Below are positions 49,827-58,810 of a stretch of 64,000 bases of DNA, piece after piece. This DNA comes from an uncultured Chitinophaga sp. (GTDB lineage: Bacteria; Bacteroidota; Bacteroidia; NS11-12g; UBA9320). How positions within the stretch are numbered: position 1 is the first letter of the stretch; every line of letters begins with the position of its first letter. The notes under the pieces were generated by a model, which searched no databases, was not told the DNA's origin, and saw nothing but the letters and a program-made list of their open reading frames with translations. Made by a program: the position numbers and the translations under genes. The stretch is from contig CAZTXB010000010.1 in assembly GCA_964617955.1 (NCBI GenBank), forward strand, positions 1,771-65,770, given 5' to 3'.

Positions 49827-50076
49827 GGGCCTGCTGAAAAACACGCAAAAGCTTATGGTTATTATAGTTTGATACCATTATTATATAGGAGTGCAAAGCA
49901 TTACACCAAATAATACAAAATCCCTTGGATCTAAAGTTTCAAATCCAGCGTTAGTTCATTGCACGTCCCTTATACCGATTGGTAATACTTCGTCGGCTTC
50001 GGCTTGAGGTACGGCAAAGTACATCTTCGCCTTGCCTCCTTGTAATGAACGCACACTGAACTTTTTCAACAGGCCC
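49827..50076. mobile_element. Copy A2 of the MITE-like element (250 bp), TA-flanked
   Basis: Left GGGCCTGCTGAAAAACAC..., right ...GCACACTGAACTTTTTCAaCAGGCCC. TA at 49825-49826 and 50077-50078. It shares a right arm of about 95 bp with A1 and A3. 31 nt upstream of radA. Confidence 0.65.
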
Positions 50077-50107
50077 TAAAATAAATCACCTAATTTTGAT
50101 TCCGTAA

Positions 50108-51481
50108 ATGTCAAAATCCAAATCAAGTTTCTTCTGTCAAAACTGTGGAGCCTCTGCCGCAAAGTGGATTGGTAAATGCCCTGCCTGCGGGCAATGGAAT
50201 ACCTACCTTGAAGAGGTTATCATTAAAGACGATAAGACACCGGCCTGGAATATTGATTCAGAGGGCCATAAGCTCAAGCCATCCAAAAACAAACCAAAAA
50301 CTTTTGCCCAAATCGATGCCGTGAGCGAACTGAGATTCTCAGCACTTGACGGTGAGTTGAACCGAGTGCTTGGGGGAGGTATAGTGTCTGGAAGTTTGGT
50401 ATTGCTAGGAGGTGAACCGGGCATTGGCAAAAGTACCTTGCTGCTTCAGATGGCCGTAAAAAGCAAGCAGAAAGTTTTGTACTTATCGGGAGAAGAGAGT
50501 GAATCACAAATAAAAATGCGTGCTGAGCGCATAGGCATTCAAAATCAGGAGTGCTATATTTTATCGGCCACCAACATTCAATCTATTTTTCAGGTCATTA
50601 AAGAGCTGCAGCCGCAAATTGTAATCATTGATTCCATTCAAACCCTTTACACCAACTACATTGACTCTGCACCGGGAAGCATTTCCCAAATCAGAGAATG
50701 TGCTGCCGAATTTTTACGATTTGCCAAGGAAAGCAACACGCCTGTTTTTTTAATTGGCCATATCACCAAGGACGGGGTTATAGCTGGACCAAAGGTTTTG
50801 GAACACATGGTGGATACGGTTATACAGTTCGAAGGCGACCGTCACCATACCTACCGCATACTCCGATGCATCAAAAATCGTTTTGGCTCTTCTTCCGAAA
50901 TGGGCATTTATGAAATGCTCCCGAATGGTTTGAGGGAGGTTTCCAACCCAAGCGAAATTCTCATTACCCAACGCGATCAACCCCTTTCGGGTATCTCGAT
51001 TACCGCGGCCATTGAAGGCTTAAGACCCTTATTGGTAGAAACGCAGGCCTTAGTGAGCAGTGCAGTTTATGGTACGCCACAGCGAAATGCGAATGGTTTT
51101 GACCTAAAGCGCTTAAACATGTTACTGGCCGTACTCGAAAAGCGCTGCGGCTTTTTTTTGGGCACTCAGGATGTGTTTGTCAATATTGCCGGAGGTTTAA
51201 AACTCGAAGACCCTGCCTTGGATTTAGGCATCTCGCTAGCCATACTCTCCTCTTTCCACAATCATGTGGTAAACCCCGGAATTGCCTTTGCTGGTGAGAT
51301 TGGTTTGAGTGGTGAAATCAGGGCTGTTGGGAAAATTGACCAGCGCATTGGAGAAGCCGAAAAGCTGGGCTTTAAATCAATTGTTATTTCAAAGTTTAAT
51401 CAAAAGGGTTTAGGTAAATCGAAAATTGAGGTCATACCGGTGGCTAAGGTTGAAGATTGCCTTGATTTTATTTGGCTTTAA
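50108..51481 (+). CDS. radA: DNA repair protein RadA (Sms)
   Basis: N-terminal C4 zinc finger (FCQNCGASAAKWIGKCPACGQWNT), RecA-like Walker A GGEPGIGKSTLLLQ, KNRFG motif, and a C-terminal Lon-like domain. Confidence 0.95.
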   Translation: MSKSKSSFFCQNCGASAAKWIGKCPACGQWNTYLEEVIIKDDKTPAWNIDSEGHKLKPSKNKPKTFAQIDAVSELRFSALDGELNRVLGGGIVSGSLVLLGGEPGIGKSTLLLQMAVKSKQKVLYLSGEESESQIKMRAERIGIQNQECYILSATNIQSIFQVIKELQPQIVIIDSIQTLYTNYIDSAPGSISQIRECAAEFLRFAKESNTPVFLIGHITKDGVIAGPKVLEHMVDTVIQFEGDRHHTYRILRCIKNRFGSSSEMGIYEMLPNGLREVSNPSEILITQRDQPLSGISITAAIEGLRPLLVETQALVSSAVYGTPQRNANGFDLKRLNMLLAVLEKRCGFFLGTQDVFVNIAGGLKLEDPALDLGISLAILSSFHNHVVNPGIAFAGEIGLSGEIRAVGKIDQRIGEAEKLGFKSIVISKFNQKGLGKSKIEVIPVAKVEDCLDFIWL

Positions 51482-51487
51482 ATTCTT

Positions 51488-54400
51488 TTACTTTCTAATT
51501 AAAGTGACCGTTCCAGAAAACAGGGGCTTTATTTTTTTTGAAAGGCCCTTGTATTCGGCAATATAAAAATAGGTTCCTTCAGGGCATTCTTTCACTCCGT
51601 TGTTAACTTTACCATTCCAACATTCACTCATGTCTCTGGTCTCAAACATTTTTTGACCCCAGCGGTTATAGATGCTTATTTTAATTTTTGAACATTCGTT
51701 TAAGCCCCCGTCAAATTGAAAACAATCGTTGATGCCATCTCCATCGGGTGTGAAAACATTGCTGGGCACCAACTGATCAACTGGAATTCCCTTGATCTCG
51801 ATAGGATAAATGACCGTATCGGGGCATTGCTTCAGCCGATCGGTAATGAGGCGAACATAATAGATGCCCGCCTTTGTAAATTCATGAGGATCGGGATCAA
51901 TGGATTCGGTAAAGGTGCTGTCTCCAAAATTCCATAAGACGGTTTCAAAATGCCCACTTTTGTTTTTAAAGCTCACAGCATTCGAACATTCTTCTTTCAC
52001 CATTTCGAAATCGGCTTCGCTTCTTTGTAATACATTGACAATACCGCTACTCGAGTCGCTCACATTACAGGTACTCGAATCGGTGGAGATAAGAGAAATT
52101 TTATACTGACCGACTTTTGGAAAACTGTGTTTGGGGTGTTTTTCGATAGAGCTGTTGCCATCTCCAAAATCCCAGTATGAATTGATTTTCCCCTGGCTCA
52201 AATTGGTAAACTGAACATCTGTTGGCCCGCAGGCCACCGCATCGGGTATAAACCTGGCCTCTACCAGATGGTTAATTTGAAAATCGATTTTAAACGCTGC
52301 ATTGCTGCACCGCCAACTCACATTTTTTGGAAAAGCAGCGTTGGAGGAAGTGGGAAAGTCGTTCAATGTATTGCCAGGGGTGTTTGGGCAGCTAGAACAA
52401 ACCGACTGATAGATAATTCCTCGCTTGTCGAATCGGCTGGTGCCCCCATCCACATGGTCTTCAGACTGATTGCCTCCATAATAGGTGGCGTAAAGCAAGC
52501 CATATAAATTTTTGCTGAATACGGCCAAATAAAAGTCGTTTCCATCTGTACTTGCCTGCAAGGCATTAGAAGTGATTGGTAAACCGTTGGTGGTTCCCGG
52601 CCTTCCGAGGTTAGACCCCCATCCCGACAGGTAAATATTTCCGCACGAATCTACCAAAAACGCTGATGGCGAGAGTTCCGGCACATGTGGTCTTGCGCCG
52701 AATACGGTTTGTCTTTTCACCTGACTCAGAGAGTTGTCGGCGATAAAAATAAATTGGCCGGTTTTTGCTTTGTTGCTGTAGGCTCCATTAGAGGCTACAA
52801 TTTCGCCAGTGGTTTGCCCCGTTCCATAAACATTACCCAATTTATCGATTTCTAAAAAATAAATCTGATCGTATGTTGATGTTCCGTAGTAAGTGGCCCT
52901 GGTAAGCGCAAACGTTTGTTGGTCGAAAGAAGCCATAAAACCATCGGTCCCTCCGTTTCTGTTTTTGTTAATCGCCGAGGTATGGGTAGGTAAATTATCG
53001 CTTTGTGTTCCTCCGGCTACAAAAATATTTTCATCCTTATCGAACTCCAAGCTGTAAATCCCATCGCTGGCATTGCCTCCAAAATAGGTGGCCCATAGCA
53101 ATTGATCTAAATTTTTTGAAAACTTCAGACAGAGACCGTCGGCCGTTCCGCCAAGTGTTGATTGAAAGGCGTTTTTTAAAGGAATGTCCTTTGAGTTGGT
53201 AGTGCTTACCACATAAATATTGTCGCCTTTGTCGGTAAGCACCTCTCCTCTGAAATCATCGGCGTAGTTGTATTTTAGGTCCTTATCGGTAAGACCATCA
53301 TGGCTGCTTCCGCCAAAAAAGGTGGAGGCCAAAAGTTGGTCGCCCCATTTCGATAATTTAAACACCACGATATCGGTCAATGTATCGCTGCTGGAATAGC
53401 TGTTGTGGGTGGTGTCAAAGGCATTTGGGGTGACCGGAAAATTCTTCGAATAGGAAGTGCCGAAAACCACCAGCTCCGAATCTCTGTTCACCACCATGCT
53501 GTGGGGGTAATCATCGTCGGCTCCTCCAACATAGGTGGCATAGATTAAATTTTTACCTGACGAATCGTACTTGGATATAGTAATGTCAGATGGCAGGTTT
53601 ACCGGATCTCTGCCTAAACCCCCGGCCCAGTTTATTTGAAACGCACCGGTACTTACTGGATACTCGCCTTGGGAGTTATCTGTTGCCCCACCGGCATATA
53701 AATTTCCTCTGGAATCGTAAGTGGCTGTAAAACCAAAATTATCCCCTCTCGATCCTGAATAGGTTGAGAAAACGAGAATGGGGTCGATCACCAGTTCATA
53801 TTCGGGGTTGTAACCATTGTGAAATTGGTAGGATATGATATTTCCATCTAGACGGTAAACACAAGAGATTCCTTTAGGATGCAATTCTTTGCGATCGTTG
53901 CTGTTTTGCCACACCAGTAAATTCTGATCCGAGACAATGCCGATGGCTGTTTTGAGCAAAAGCGAATTATTTTTCACTTCTATGGAATCCAGCCCTTGAA
54001 GCTTTATGCGAATTAAGTCCGGATTCGCCCCAGGACTCACAAGCCACTCGTACTTTATTTGTCCAAATTTAGAAAATACCCTGAGTTTAATGCCCGGGTA
54101 GATGTTTTCATACACCACTTCTGAAAATAAATTCACATTGGAGGCCCACTTCGATCGGTCGTTACCAAGAAAATAATTGTGTTTTTGAAAAAAGGGTTTA
54201 ACACCAATGACCGCCGGATTGGCTTCTCCATTCAGAAAGACATATCTGAAGCTATGTCCATGAACCACTGGGTTTGTGGGTAAATTCTCTTTATGCAGAT
54301 GTTGGTGCGAAGCCTGGTACTCCGATTCTTTAAAAAGCTTAAAGGTTATGGCATTTTTTTCTAAGAAAACATAACCGCAATTTACCTGTACCCTGTACAG

Positions 54401-54520
54401 TACCTGTTTCTCAAATTGCCCCTTGTTTTCTACAAACTGTAAATCATCCTCCGTTTGGGCCATGCACAGCATGGGGCTGATGAAAAAAATGAAAACACAA
54501 TATTTGAAAAAATTCCTCAA
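51488..54520 (-). CDS. Large secreted protein with an N-terminal SBBP/beta-propeller region, PKD-like domains and a T9SS type B (gliding-motility-associated) C-terminal sorting domain
   Basis: 1010 aa, signal peptide. N-terminal FVENKGQF...VFL.K motif, repeated YATYFGG/ATYVGG beta-propeller repeats, WDFGDG PKD motifs. The C-terminus ...PNVFTPDGDGINDCF...YNRWGQKMFE...GTVTLIRK matches the type B CTD. Confidence 0.85.
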   Translation of the reverse strand: MRNFFKYCVFIFFISPMLCMAQTEDDLQFVENKGQFEKQVLYRVQVNCGYVFLEKNAITFKLFKESEYQASHQHLHKENLPTNPVVHGHSFRYVFLNGEANPAVIGVKPFFQKHNYFLGNDRSKWASNVNLFSEVVYENIYPGIKLRVFSKFGQIKYEWLVSPGANPDLIRIKLQGLDSIEVKNNSLLLKTAIGIVSDQNLLVWQNSNDRKELHPKGISCVYRLDGNIISYQFHNGYNPEYELVIDPILVFSTYSGSRGDNFGFTATYDSRGNLYAGGATDNSQGEYPVSTGAFQINWAGGLGRDPVNLPSDITISKYDSSGKNLIYATYVGGADDDYPHSMVVNRDSELVVFGTSYSKNFPVTPNAFDTTHNSYSSSDTLTDIVVFKLSKWGDQLLASTFFGGSSHDGLTDKDLKYNYADDFRGEVLTDKGDNIYVVSTTNSKDIPLKNAFQSTLGGTADGLCLKFSKNLDQLLWATYFGGNASDGIYSLEFDKDENIFVAGGTQSDNLPTHTSAINKNRNGGTDGFMASFDQQTFALTRATYYGTSTYDQIYFLEIDKLGNVYGTGQTTGEIVASNGAYSNKAKTGQFIFIADNSLSQVKRQTVFGARPHVPELSPSAFLVDSCGNIYLSGWGSNLGRPGTTNGLPITSNALQASTDGNDFYLAVFSKNLYGLLYATYYGGNQSEDHVDGGTSRFDKRGIIYQSVCSSCPNTPGNTLNDFPTSSNAAFPKNVSWRCSNAAFKIDFQINHLVEARFIPDAVACGPTDVQFTNLSQGKINSYWDFGDGNSSIEKHPKHSFPKVGQYKISLISTDSSTCNVSDSSSGIVNVLQRSEADFEMVKEECSNAVSFKNKSGHFETVLWNFGDSTFTESIDPDPHEFTKAGIYYVRLITDRLKQCPDTVIYPIEIKGIPVDQLVPSNVFTPDGDGINDCFQFDGGLNECSKIKISIYNRWGQKMFETRDMSECWNGKVNNGVKECPEGTYFYIAEYKGLSKKIKPLFSGTVTLIRK

Positions 54521-54612
54521 CAGCGATTTAATATCAAAGTTACGACAATACCCTTGAATTAGACAAGATGGCTACCAAAAGTGTTGCATTGAAAGGAGAT
54601 AAACCGTACCTA

Positions 54613-54848
54613 GGGCCTGCTGAAAAACACTTAAAGGCTTGATATGATGAGGTTCATTAAAAATTTTATTGCTTTTAATGCACGATAAAATTAGTGAACC
54701 ATGAAAATATCGTGCATCGAATGCCTTCAGAAAGACGTTAGTTCATTGCACGTCCCTTACTTCGTCGGCTTCGGCTCGAGGTACGGCAAAGTACATCTTC
54801 GCCTTGCCTCCTTGTAATGAACGCACACTGAACTTTTTCAGCAAGCCC
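54613..54848. mobile_element. Copy A3 of the MITE-like element (236 bp), TA-flanked
   Basis: Left GGGCCTGCTGAAAAACACTTAAAGGCTTGATATGAT (identical to A1 over about 38 bp), right ...CTTTTTCAGCAaGCCC. TA at 54611-54612 and 54849-54850. Lies between the T9SS-substrate gene and the cco operon tail. Confidence 0.65.
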
Positions 54849-54948
54849 TACCTACCAAAAAACCACAAAAGGAGGGTTATTTGCAGATTCAAAAAGCGCT
54901 TCTATGACGTGAAGTAGAGCCTGTTAACAATGCGTTGTTTAGCACACC

Positions 54949-55665
54949 TTATTTTTCACAACATTTTACATGCCCCTGATCATGACTTGGCGACAGGTAA
55001 GGAATGCCGAGATTAAGCCCTCTTAAAATGAGCAAAAGCGAAACGCCCAACACGAGGAAAGGGGTGACTTGGTTAAACCTTTGTCTGACATTAAATGAAA
55101 TAAATTTACCAAAAACCATGGTACCTGCCATGGCGGGAAGCGTTCCCAAACCAAAGGCGAACATGAGAAGGGCGCCTTGCCATACACCTCCGGTGGCAAA
55201 GGAGGCAGCAATGGCCACATACACCAGTCCGCAGGGCAACAATCCATTTAAGAGACCGATATAAAAATAACTTCCTGTTTTTTTTTCCGACCGTAAGTAA
55301 GTAGATAGCTTGTCCTTTAGTTTGTTGGCAAAGCCCGACCATGGTTTTGACAAATGGTTGCTGTATTTACTTCCAAATAAAACGAGAAGGATGAGGACCC
55401 CGGACAAAATTGATAGCCACTGCTGAAGCTTGAACAAAGCGAAACTTTTCCCCAGCAAACCAAAAATTACGCCCAAAACGGTATAGGTTAAGGCCCGACC
55501 TAAGTTGTAAAGAAGTATTGCATTCCCTCTGTTAAAGCCTGTAAGATTGTGGATGGGCAAAGAGAGTGCAAGAGGACCACACATACCCACACAATGAAAA
55601 CCCCCAATGATACCAATGGAAAGCCCAGAAATAACCAGCACTAAAAATTCACTCAACGAACCCAT
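54949..55665 (-). CDS. TauE/SafE-like (DsbD_2-like) membrane protein at the distal end of the cco operon
   Basis: 238 aa, about 6-7 TM. N-terminal GGFHCVGMCGPLA motif typical of the TauE/SafE/DsbD_2 family members associated with cbb3 oxidase clusters. It overlaps the fixH stop. Confidence 0.65.
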   Translation of the reverse strand: MGSLSEFLVLVISGLSIGIIGGFHCVGMCGPLALSLPIHNLTGFNRGNAILLYNLGRALTYTVLGVIFGLLGKSFALFKLQQWLSILSGVLILLVLFGSKYSNHLSKPWSGFANKLKDKLSTYLRSEKKTGSYFYIGLLNGLLPCGLVYVAIAASFATGGVWQGALLMFAFGLGTLPAMAGTMVFGKFISFNVRQRFNQVTPFLVLGVSLLLILRGLNLGIPYLSPSHDQGHVKCCEK

Positions 55666-56090
55666 AGCTTTTGTTCCCTGTAATAGGCTTTATTTTGGCT
55701 CTTCCACCACACTCTCGCCAAATACAATCCGGTTGAAACTGTTGAATTTTCAATTTTAAAGTTCCCGTCTTGAGCGGGAGTAAACATCAGGGTGGTGTCC
55801 TGTTTTTGATTTTCAATTTTTAAAAACTCAAGGCGCCCCTCCTCAAAATTTTCAATCAGGGAAAGGGGTATGCTCAGAACCAAACCTTCGTCAGTTTGTT
55901 TGATCAAGGCCGCTTTCTCGACCGAATTTAGGTTATGCGATGCATCAATCAATGACTGATATTTTAATTCTTTATCGTAATAATTGCTGTCAATCAACTC
56001 ATTGCTTTGGTTTAGCGCAACGGCAACCATGCCCAGCATCATGATGATAAAGGCTGTAATGACGAAAGTTATTTTGTGTCCCCAGTTCAT
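55653..56090 (-). CDS. ccoH: FixH/CcoH family protein
   Basis: 145 aa, single N-terminal TM (ITFVITAFIIMMLGMVAVAL), then a NYYDKELKYQ motif typical of FixH. Immediately downstream of ccoG. Confidence 0.75.
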   Translation of the reverse strand: MNWGHKITFVITAFIIMMLGMVAVALNQSNELIDSNYYDKELKYQSLIDASHNLNSVEKAALIKQTDEGLVLSIPLSLIENFEEGRLEFLKIENQKQDTTLMFTPAQDGNFKIENSTVSTGLYLARVWWKSQNKAYYREQKLWVR

Positions 56091-56095
56091 GCGTT

Positions 56096-57508
56096 CTAAC
56101 TCTTTTGAATAAAAGGCCCTAAAAATTTGGTGTTCACTGTTTGTATTTTATGTCCGCTTTTGTAAATGCCAATTTTAATTTTTGTACTGCGTTTAGGTAT
56201 TTTATCTTTGGGTATTTCAAGAAAAAAAGCAAATTCATTAATTGCTTCCTTTTTGAGTTTAAATTGTGTTACCCCAACAGGTTTAATTTGGCCTTTTATA
56301 TCCTCCAATTTGAGGGTAACTGTGAATTCATCATGGGTTTTATTGAGTATTTTGGCTTCAAATAAGTTACTTATTCCACCTCCGGGCACTTCCTGATAGA
56401 GTTGGCCCTTTATGCGTGAAATATAGGTGTCCACCGATTTGCGACTCGCAATGAGAATTCCCATGAAGCCAATCAATAGGATGAGGAGCGCCGTGTAGGC
56501 TTTCATTCGGCCATTGAAATGGAATTTTTTGCCGGTACTGATTTCATTTTCCGAAGCATAACGAATCAAGCCGGTATCAAAATTTATAGATTTCATTACG
56601 GCGTTACAGGCATCGATGCAGGCAGCACAACTAATACATTCCATTTGCAGGCCATTTCTAATATCAATTCCTGTGGGACAAACCAGCACACACTTATTAC
56701 AGCCAATGCAATCACCCTCTACCCTTTCAGCGTTCTTTTTCAATTTACCCCTTGGCTCTCCCCTTGTATAGTCATAGGCAATTTGCATGGTATCCTTGTC
56801 AAACATCACGCCTTGCAGGCGACCATATGGGCATATTGTAGTGCAAACTATTTCTCTTACAAAGGCAAAAACCCCATAAAACAAGAAGGTGAAAACCAGG
56901 AGCCCACTGAGCAATCCTAAATGCTCGGTTATGGGTTCATGAATGATTTTTCCAATCCGATCCACTCCAAGTATATAGGATAAAAAGGTAATGGCAATGG
57001 CAAAAGAAAAGATCAGGAATAAACTGTGTTTTGCAGTTTTTTTCAGAATCTTTTCTGTTATGTCACCAGATTCATTCAACTTTTTCTGTTGACCGGGGCT
57101 TCCTTCAATCATCCATTCTATGGCCCTGAAAACAAATTCCATAAAAACGGTTTGAGGACAGACCCAACCACAAAAGAGGCGACCAAAAACCACGGTGAAC
57201 AAAACGATGAACACAATAAAAGAAACCATACCAATGGCAAAAATGAAAAAGTCCTGAGGCCAAAAGATTTTAGAGAACAGAATGAACTTACTCTCCATGA
57301 CATTGATCATTAAAAACGGGAGTCCATTGACTTTAATAAAGGGCATAATGAAAAATATGGCCAGGTAAAACCAGGCCACATATTTTCGGTAATTGTACCA
57401 TTTACCCTCCGGTTTCAGTGCGTACACCCAGTTTCGTTTTCCTGAAACGTTTACCGTACTCACCCTGTCCCGAAAGGTTTCGGCGTGTAATAGATCTTCT
57501 TCCAGCAC
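56096..57508 (-). CDS. ccoG: Cytochrome c oxidase accessory protein CcoG/FixG (4Fe-4S ferredoxin-type)
   Basis: Two ferredoxin motifs CIGCNKCVLVCP and CISCAACIDAC. An N-terminal 5-TM region and a C-terminal FixG_C-like domain. Confidence 0.9.
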   Translation of the reverse strand: MLEEDLLHAETFRDRVSTVNVSGKRNWVYALKPEGKWYNYRKYVAWFYLAIFFIMPFIKVNGLPFLMINVMESKFILFSKIFWPQDFFIFAIGMVSFIVFIVLFTVVFGRLFCGWVCPQTVFMEFVFRAIEWMIEGSPGQQKKLNESGDITEKILKKTAKHSLFLIFSFAIAITFLSYILGVDRIGKIIHEPITEHLGLLSGLLVFTFLFYGVFAFVREIVCTTICPYGRLQGVMFDKDTMQIAYDYTRGEPRGKLKKNAERVEGDCIGCNKCVLVCPTGIDIRNGLQMECISCAACIDACNAVMKSINFDTGLIRYASENEISTGKKFHFNGRMKAYTALLILLIGFMGILIASRKSVDTYISRIKGQLYQEVPGGGISNLFEAKILNKTHDEFTVTLKLEDIKGQIKPVGVTQFKLKKEAINEFAFFLEIPKDKIPKRSTKIKIGIYKSGHKIQTVNTKFLGPFIQKS

Positions 57509-57509
57509 T

Positions 57510-58625
57510 CTATTGGCTTGTATTTGTGTTGTTTGTCACAGGACTTTCCTCCTTGTACACTTCTCCCTGCGGTTCCTTAGCTCCGGGTGGTCGGCTTCCC
57601 TGGATTGATTTTATAAAACTTGTAATTTGGGCAATTTGCTTCGGCGAAAAATTATTTTGCCAGGCAATCATCCCCTTCTCGGGCCAACCGTATTTGATGG
57701 ATTTAAAAATATCTTGTAGCGAGCCCCCATGTACCCAATACTCGTCGGTTAAGTTTGGACCTACCCCTCCAGGCATGCTGCCCCCGCTGGCGCCGTGACA
57801 TGCCGCGCAACTGTTTGAAAACAATTTTTTACCTGCTTCAATATCAGCGGCTGTGAGCATGGTTACATTATTTTCGTCAATACTTTCAGGTTTGTCGGCC
57901 AATTGCCTGCTTTTGGCTTTTTCGGCCTGAGCCATTTCTATAGTGTATTCCTCTATTTGGAGCAGGGCAGTTTTGCCGATGTGATAGCGGTAAAAATATA
58001 CGATAGCAAATAAGATGGTTAATACAAACCCGGTGATAAACCAAGGGGGAGTGATGTTGTCGAGCTCTCTGATTCCATCGTAGTCATGGCCGGTATCCAT
58101 GTTAGACTCTTCGGAAAGGGGTTTAAAATTATTTATTTTATCCCACCACCTCGCAAACCAATTTTTAGAAATATCGGGTGATTTATCAGGTAATACCTCT
58201 TCCTGAGCCTCCGGTTTTAACAATTGCAGGGTTATCACCGAAAAAAGCACGATTAAGAAAGTTTCCAAACCAATCACTCCAAAAATAATCCATGAAAGCA
58301 CTTCGCTCGAAATGTCTACAGCATTGAGGGTTTTAGCCTGCGACAAATGGCCGGTAATGAGAAAGACCAAAAGTACCCCTGCTTTTTTACCCAAATTGCC
58401 TTTTTCTCCCTTGTTCTTGAAATGTTGTTTTAAAGCGAATAATAAAGCCTTGCCTGAGATATAGATTGGTATCAGTAATCCGAAAGCAATAATTAATAAT
58501 ATCCAATTCAAATTTATGCTAAACAGTTTTGAATTGGCGCTTCCCGCATCCTGCGCCAAGGTGAGTATGGGCGAAAGGCCTGCGAGGCTAAACAAAATAA
58601 ATTTTGAAATAATGTACTTTTTCAT
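57510..58625 (-). CDS. ccoP: cbb3-type cytochrome c oxidase subunit III-like c-type cytochrome (CcoP)
   Basis: Signal peptide, TM segments and a CcoP N-terminal domain. One clear heme c site, CAACHG, and a downstream Met (GMIAW) as the likely axial ligand. Confidence 0.75.
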   Translation of the reverse strand: MKKYIISKFILFSLAGLSPILTLAQDAGSANSKLFSINLNWILLIIAFGLLIPIYISGKALLFALKQHFKNKGEKGNLGKKAGVLLVFLITGHLSQAKTLNAVDISSEVLSWIIFGVIGLETFLIVLFSVITLQLLKPEAQEEVLPDKSPDISKNWFARWWDKINNFKPLSEESNMDTGHDYDGIRELDNITPPWFITGFVLTILFAIVYFYRYHIGKTALLQIEEYTIEMAQAEKAKSRQLADKPESIDENNVTMLTAADIEAGKKLFSNSCAACHGASGGSMPGGVGPNLTDEYWVHGGSLQDIFKSIKYGWPEKGMIAWQNNFSPKQIAQITSFIKSIQGSRPPGAKEPQGEVYKEESPVTNNTNTSQ

Positions 58626-58636
58626 TGCTAAAAATA

Positions 58637-58798
58637 TTATTGGTCCAAAGGCAGTTTTTCAATCCTTTCGATGTCTTGTTTTTTGAGACTAAAAATCCAA
58701 AAAGTGACCAGGGCAAAAAAGGTTACGAATAATATCAGAGAAATGACCGGATATATGCTCACCCCTATTATTTTTTCTAAATATGTCGAGAATTTCAT
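58637..58798 (-). CDS. ccoQ: CcoQ/FixQ-like single-TM micro-protein of the cbb3 oxidase. It is 53 aa and is not in the ORF track.
   Basis: My manual translation of the minus strand gives MKFSTYLEKIIGVSIYPVISLILFVTFFALVTFWIFSLKKQDIERIEKLPLDQ. ATG at 58798, TAA at 58637-58639. It sits between ccoNO and ccoP, where CcoQ is expected. Confidence 0.6.
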   Translation of the reverse strand: MKFSTYLEKIIGVSIYPVISLILFVTFFALVTFWIFSLKKQDIERIEKLPLDQ

Positions 58799-58810
58799 CT
58801 TAATATGGTT

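Noticed and set aside
27345-54848. Possibility that the dispersed repeats are a CRISPR array
   Set aside because: Copies are 1-20 kb apart, 125-364 bp long, in mixed orientation, with no regular repeat-spacer periodicity and no cas genes.
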